Assembly: GCA_038496445.1 (NCBI GenBank)
Contig: JALMLS010000195.1
Coordinates: 62,001-126,000, forward strand
Length of the DNA: 64,000 bases
From: Trichosphaerium sp. ATCC 40318
Lineage: Eukaryota > Protista > Tubulinea
Direction of reading: 5' to 3'
Shown here: in pieces, positions 63,709-64,000 of the stretch
Numbering within the stretch: position 1 is the stretch's first letter
Layout: each line of letters opens with the position of its first letter
Program-made: the position numbers and the translations under genes
The notes under the pieces: generated by a model
What the model saw: only the letters and a program-made list of their open reading frames with translations
What the model was told of the DNA's origin: nothing
Database searches by the model: none

Positions 63709-64000
63709 CTTGGCTTCAGAAATCTTCAATTTCACCAACTCGATATCTGCTGGTAACCCATGATATTTACCAACCTTTTCTCGTAATGGCGCTAACTCTT
63801 CTTCACATTGCTTAATTTTAGCAGCTTGTAGACTCAAAGATGAGTGAAAAACGCCTTTAGAAACTTTACTCTCGCTCAACTTTTTCTTTTGATTGCCAAT
63901 CGCAATATCATACTCCTGAGCCTTACTTGCAAGATACTGAAGCGTTTTTTCTAATTTTTGACGTTGTCTGATGGTGTCAGGTACGCTAGTGGCAATTTGT
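63628..64000 (-). CDS. HAUS1: HAUS augmin-like complex subunit 1, 5'-partial
   Basis: FQYLASKAQEY...HSSL...LAPLREKVGKYHGLPADIELVKLKISEAKNELERLD resembles the HAUS1 C-terminus. Confidence 0.75.
   Translation of the reverse strand, partial: QIATSVPDTIRQRQKLEKTLQYLASKAQEYDIAIGNQKKKLSESKVSKGVFHSSLSLQAAKIKQCEEELAPLREKVGKYHGLPADIELVKLKISEAKNELERLDGEMDSTLSNMNLMPTQGHI

Overview
AT-rich, gene-dense eukaryotic nuclear DNA with many very short spliceosomal introns, most likely from a free-living protist such as an amoeba (taxon not determinable from this window). The ORF track only captures exon fragments, so gene models were rebuilt by hand and are approximate. There are about 25 protein genes: a secreted L-amino-acid oxidase, DUF5054 hydrolase, MutY, cytidylyltransferase, amidohydrolase, SH3-WW-BTB protein, Stealth protein, FAD oxidoreductase, HEPN protein, two STOML2 copies, CRAL-TRIO, transglutaminase, GPC1, laccase, two aquaglyceroporins, HAUS1 and at least six F-box genes. 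Main highlights: (1) a predicted mitochondrial protein fusing ~70-aa helical repeats, a degenerate RAP/PD-(D/E)XK nuclease-like domain and an intact minimal ATP-dependent ligase; (2) dispersed intron-poor F-box+LRR and F-box+MORN-variant genes, one with an indel-free 13 x 63-nt array that varies mainly at binding-face positions; (3) a bacterial-type lamin-tail domain fused to an animal-type transglutaminase; (4) frequent GC-AG introns and strong CACGTG enrichment; (5) one inverted and one tandem duplication. I found no tRNA, rRNA, CRISPR array or transposase.
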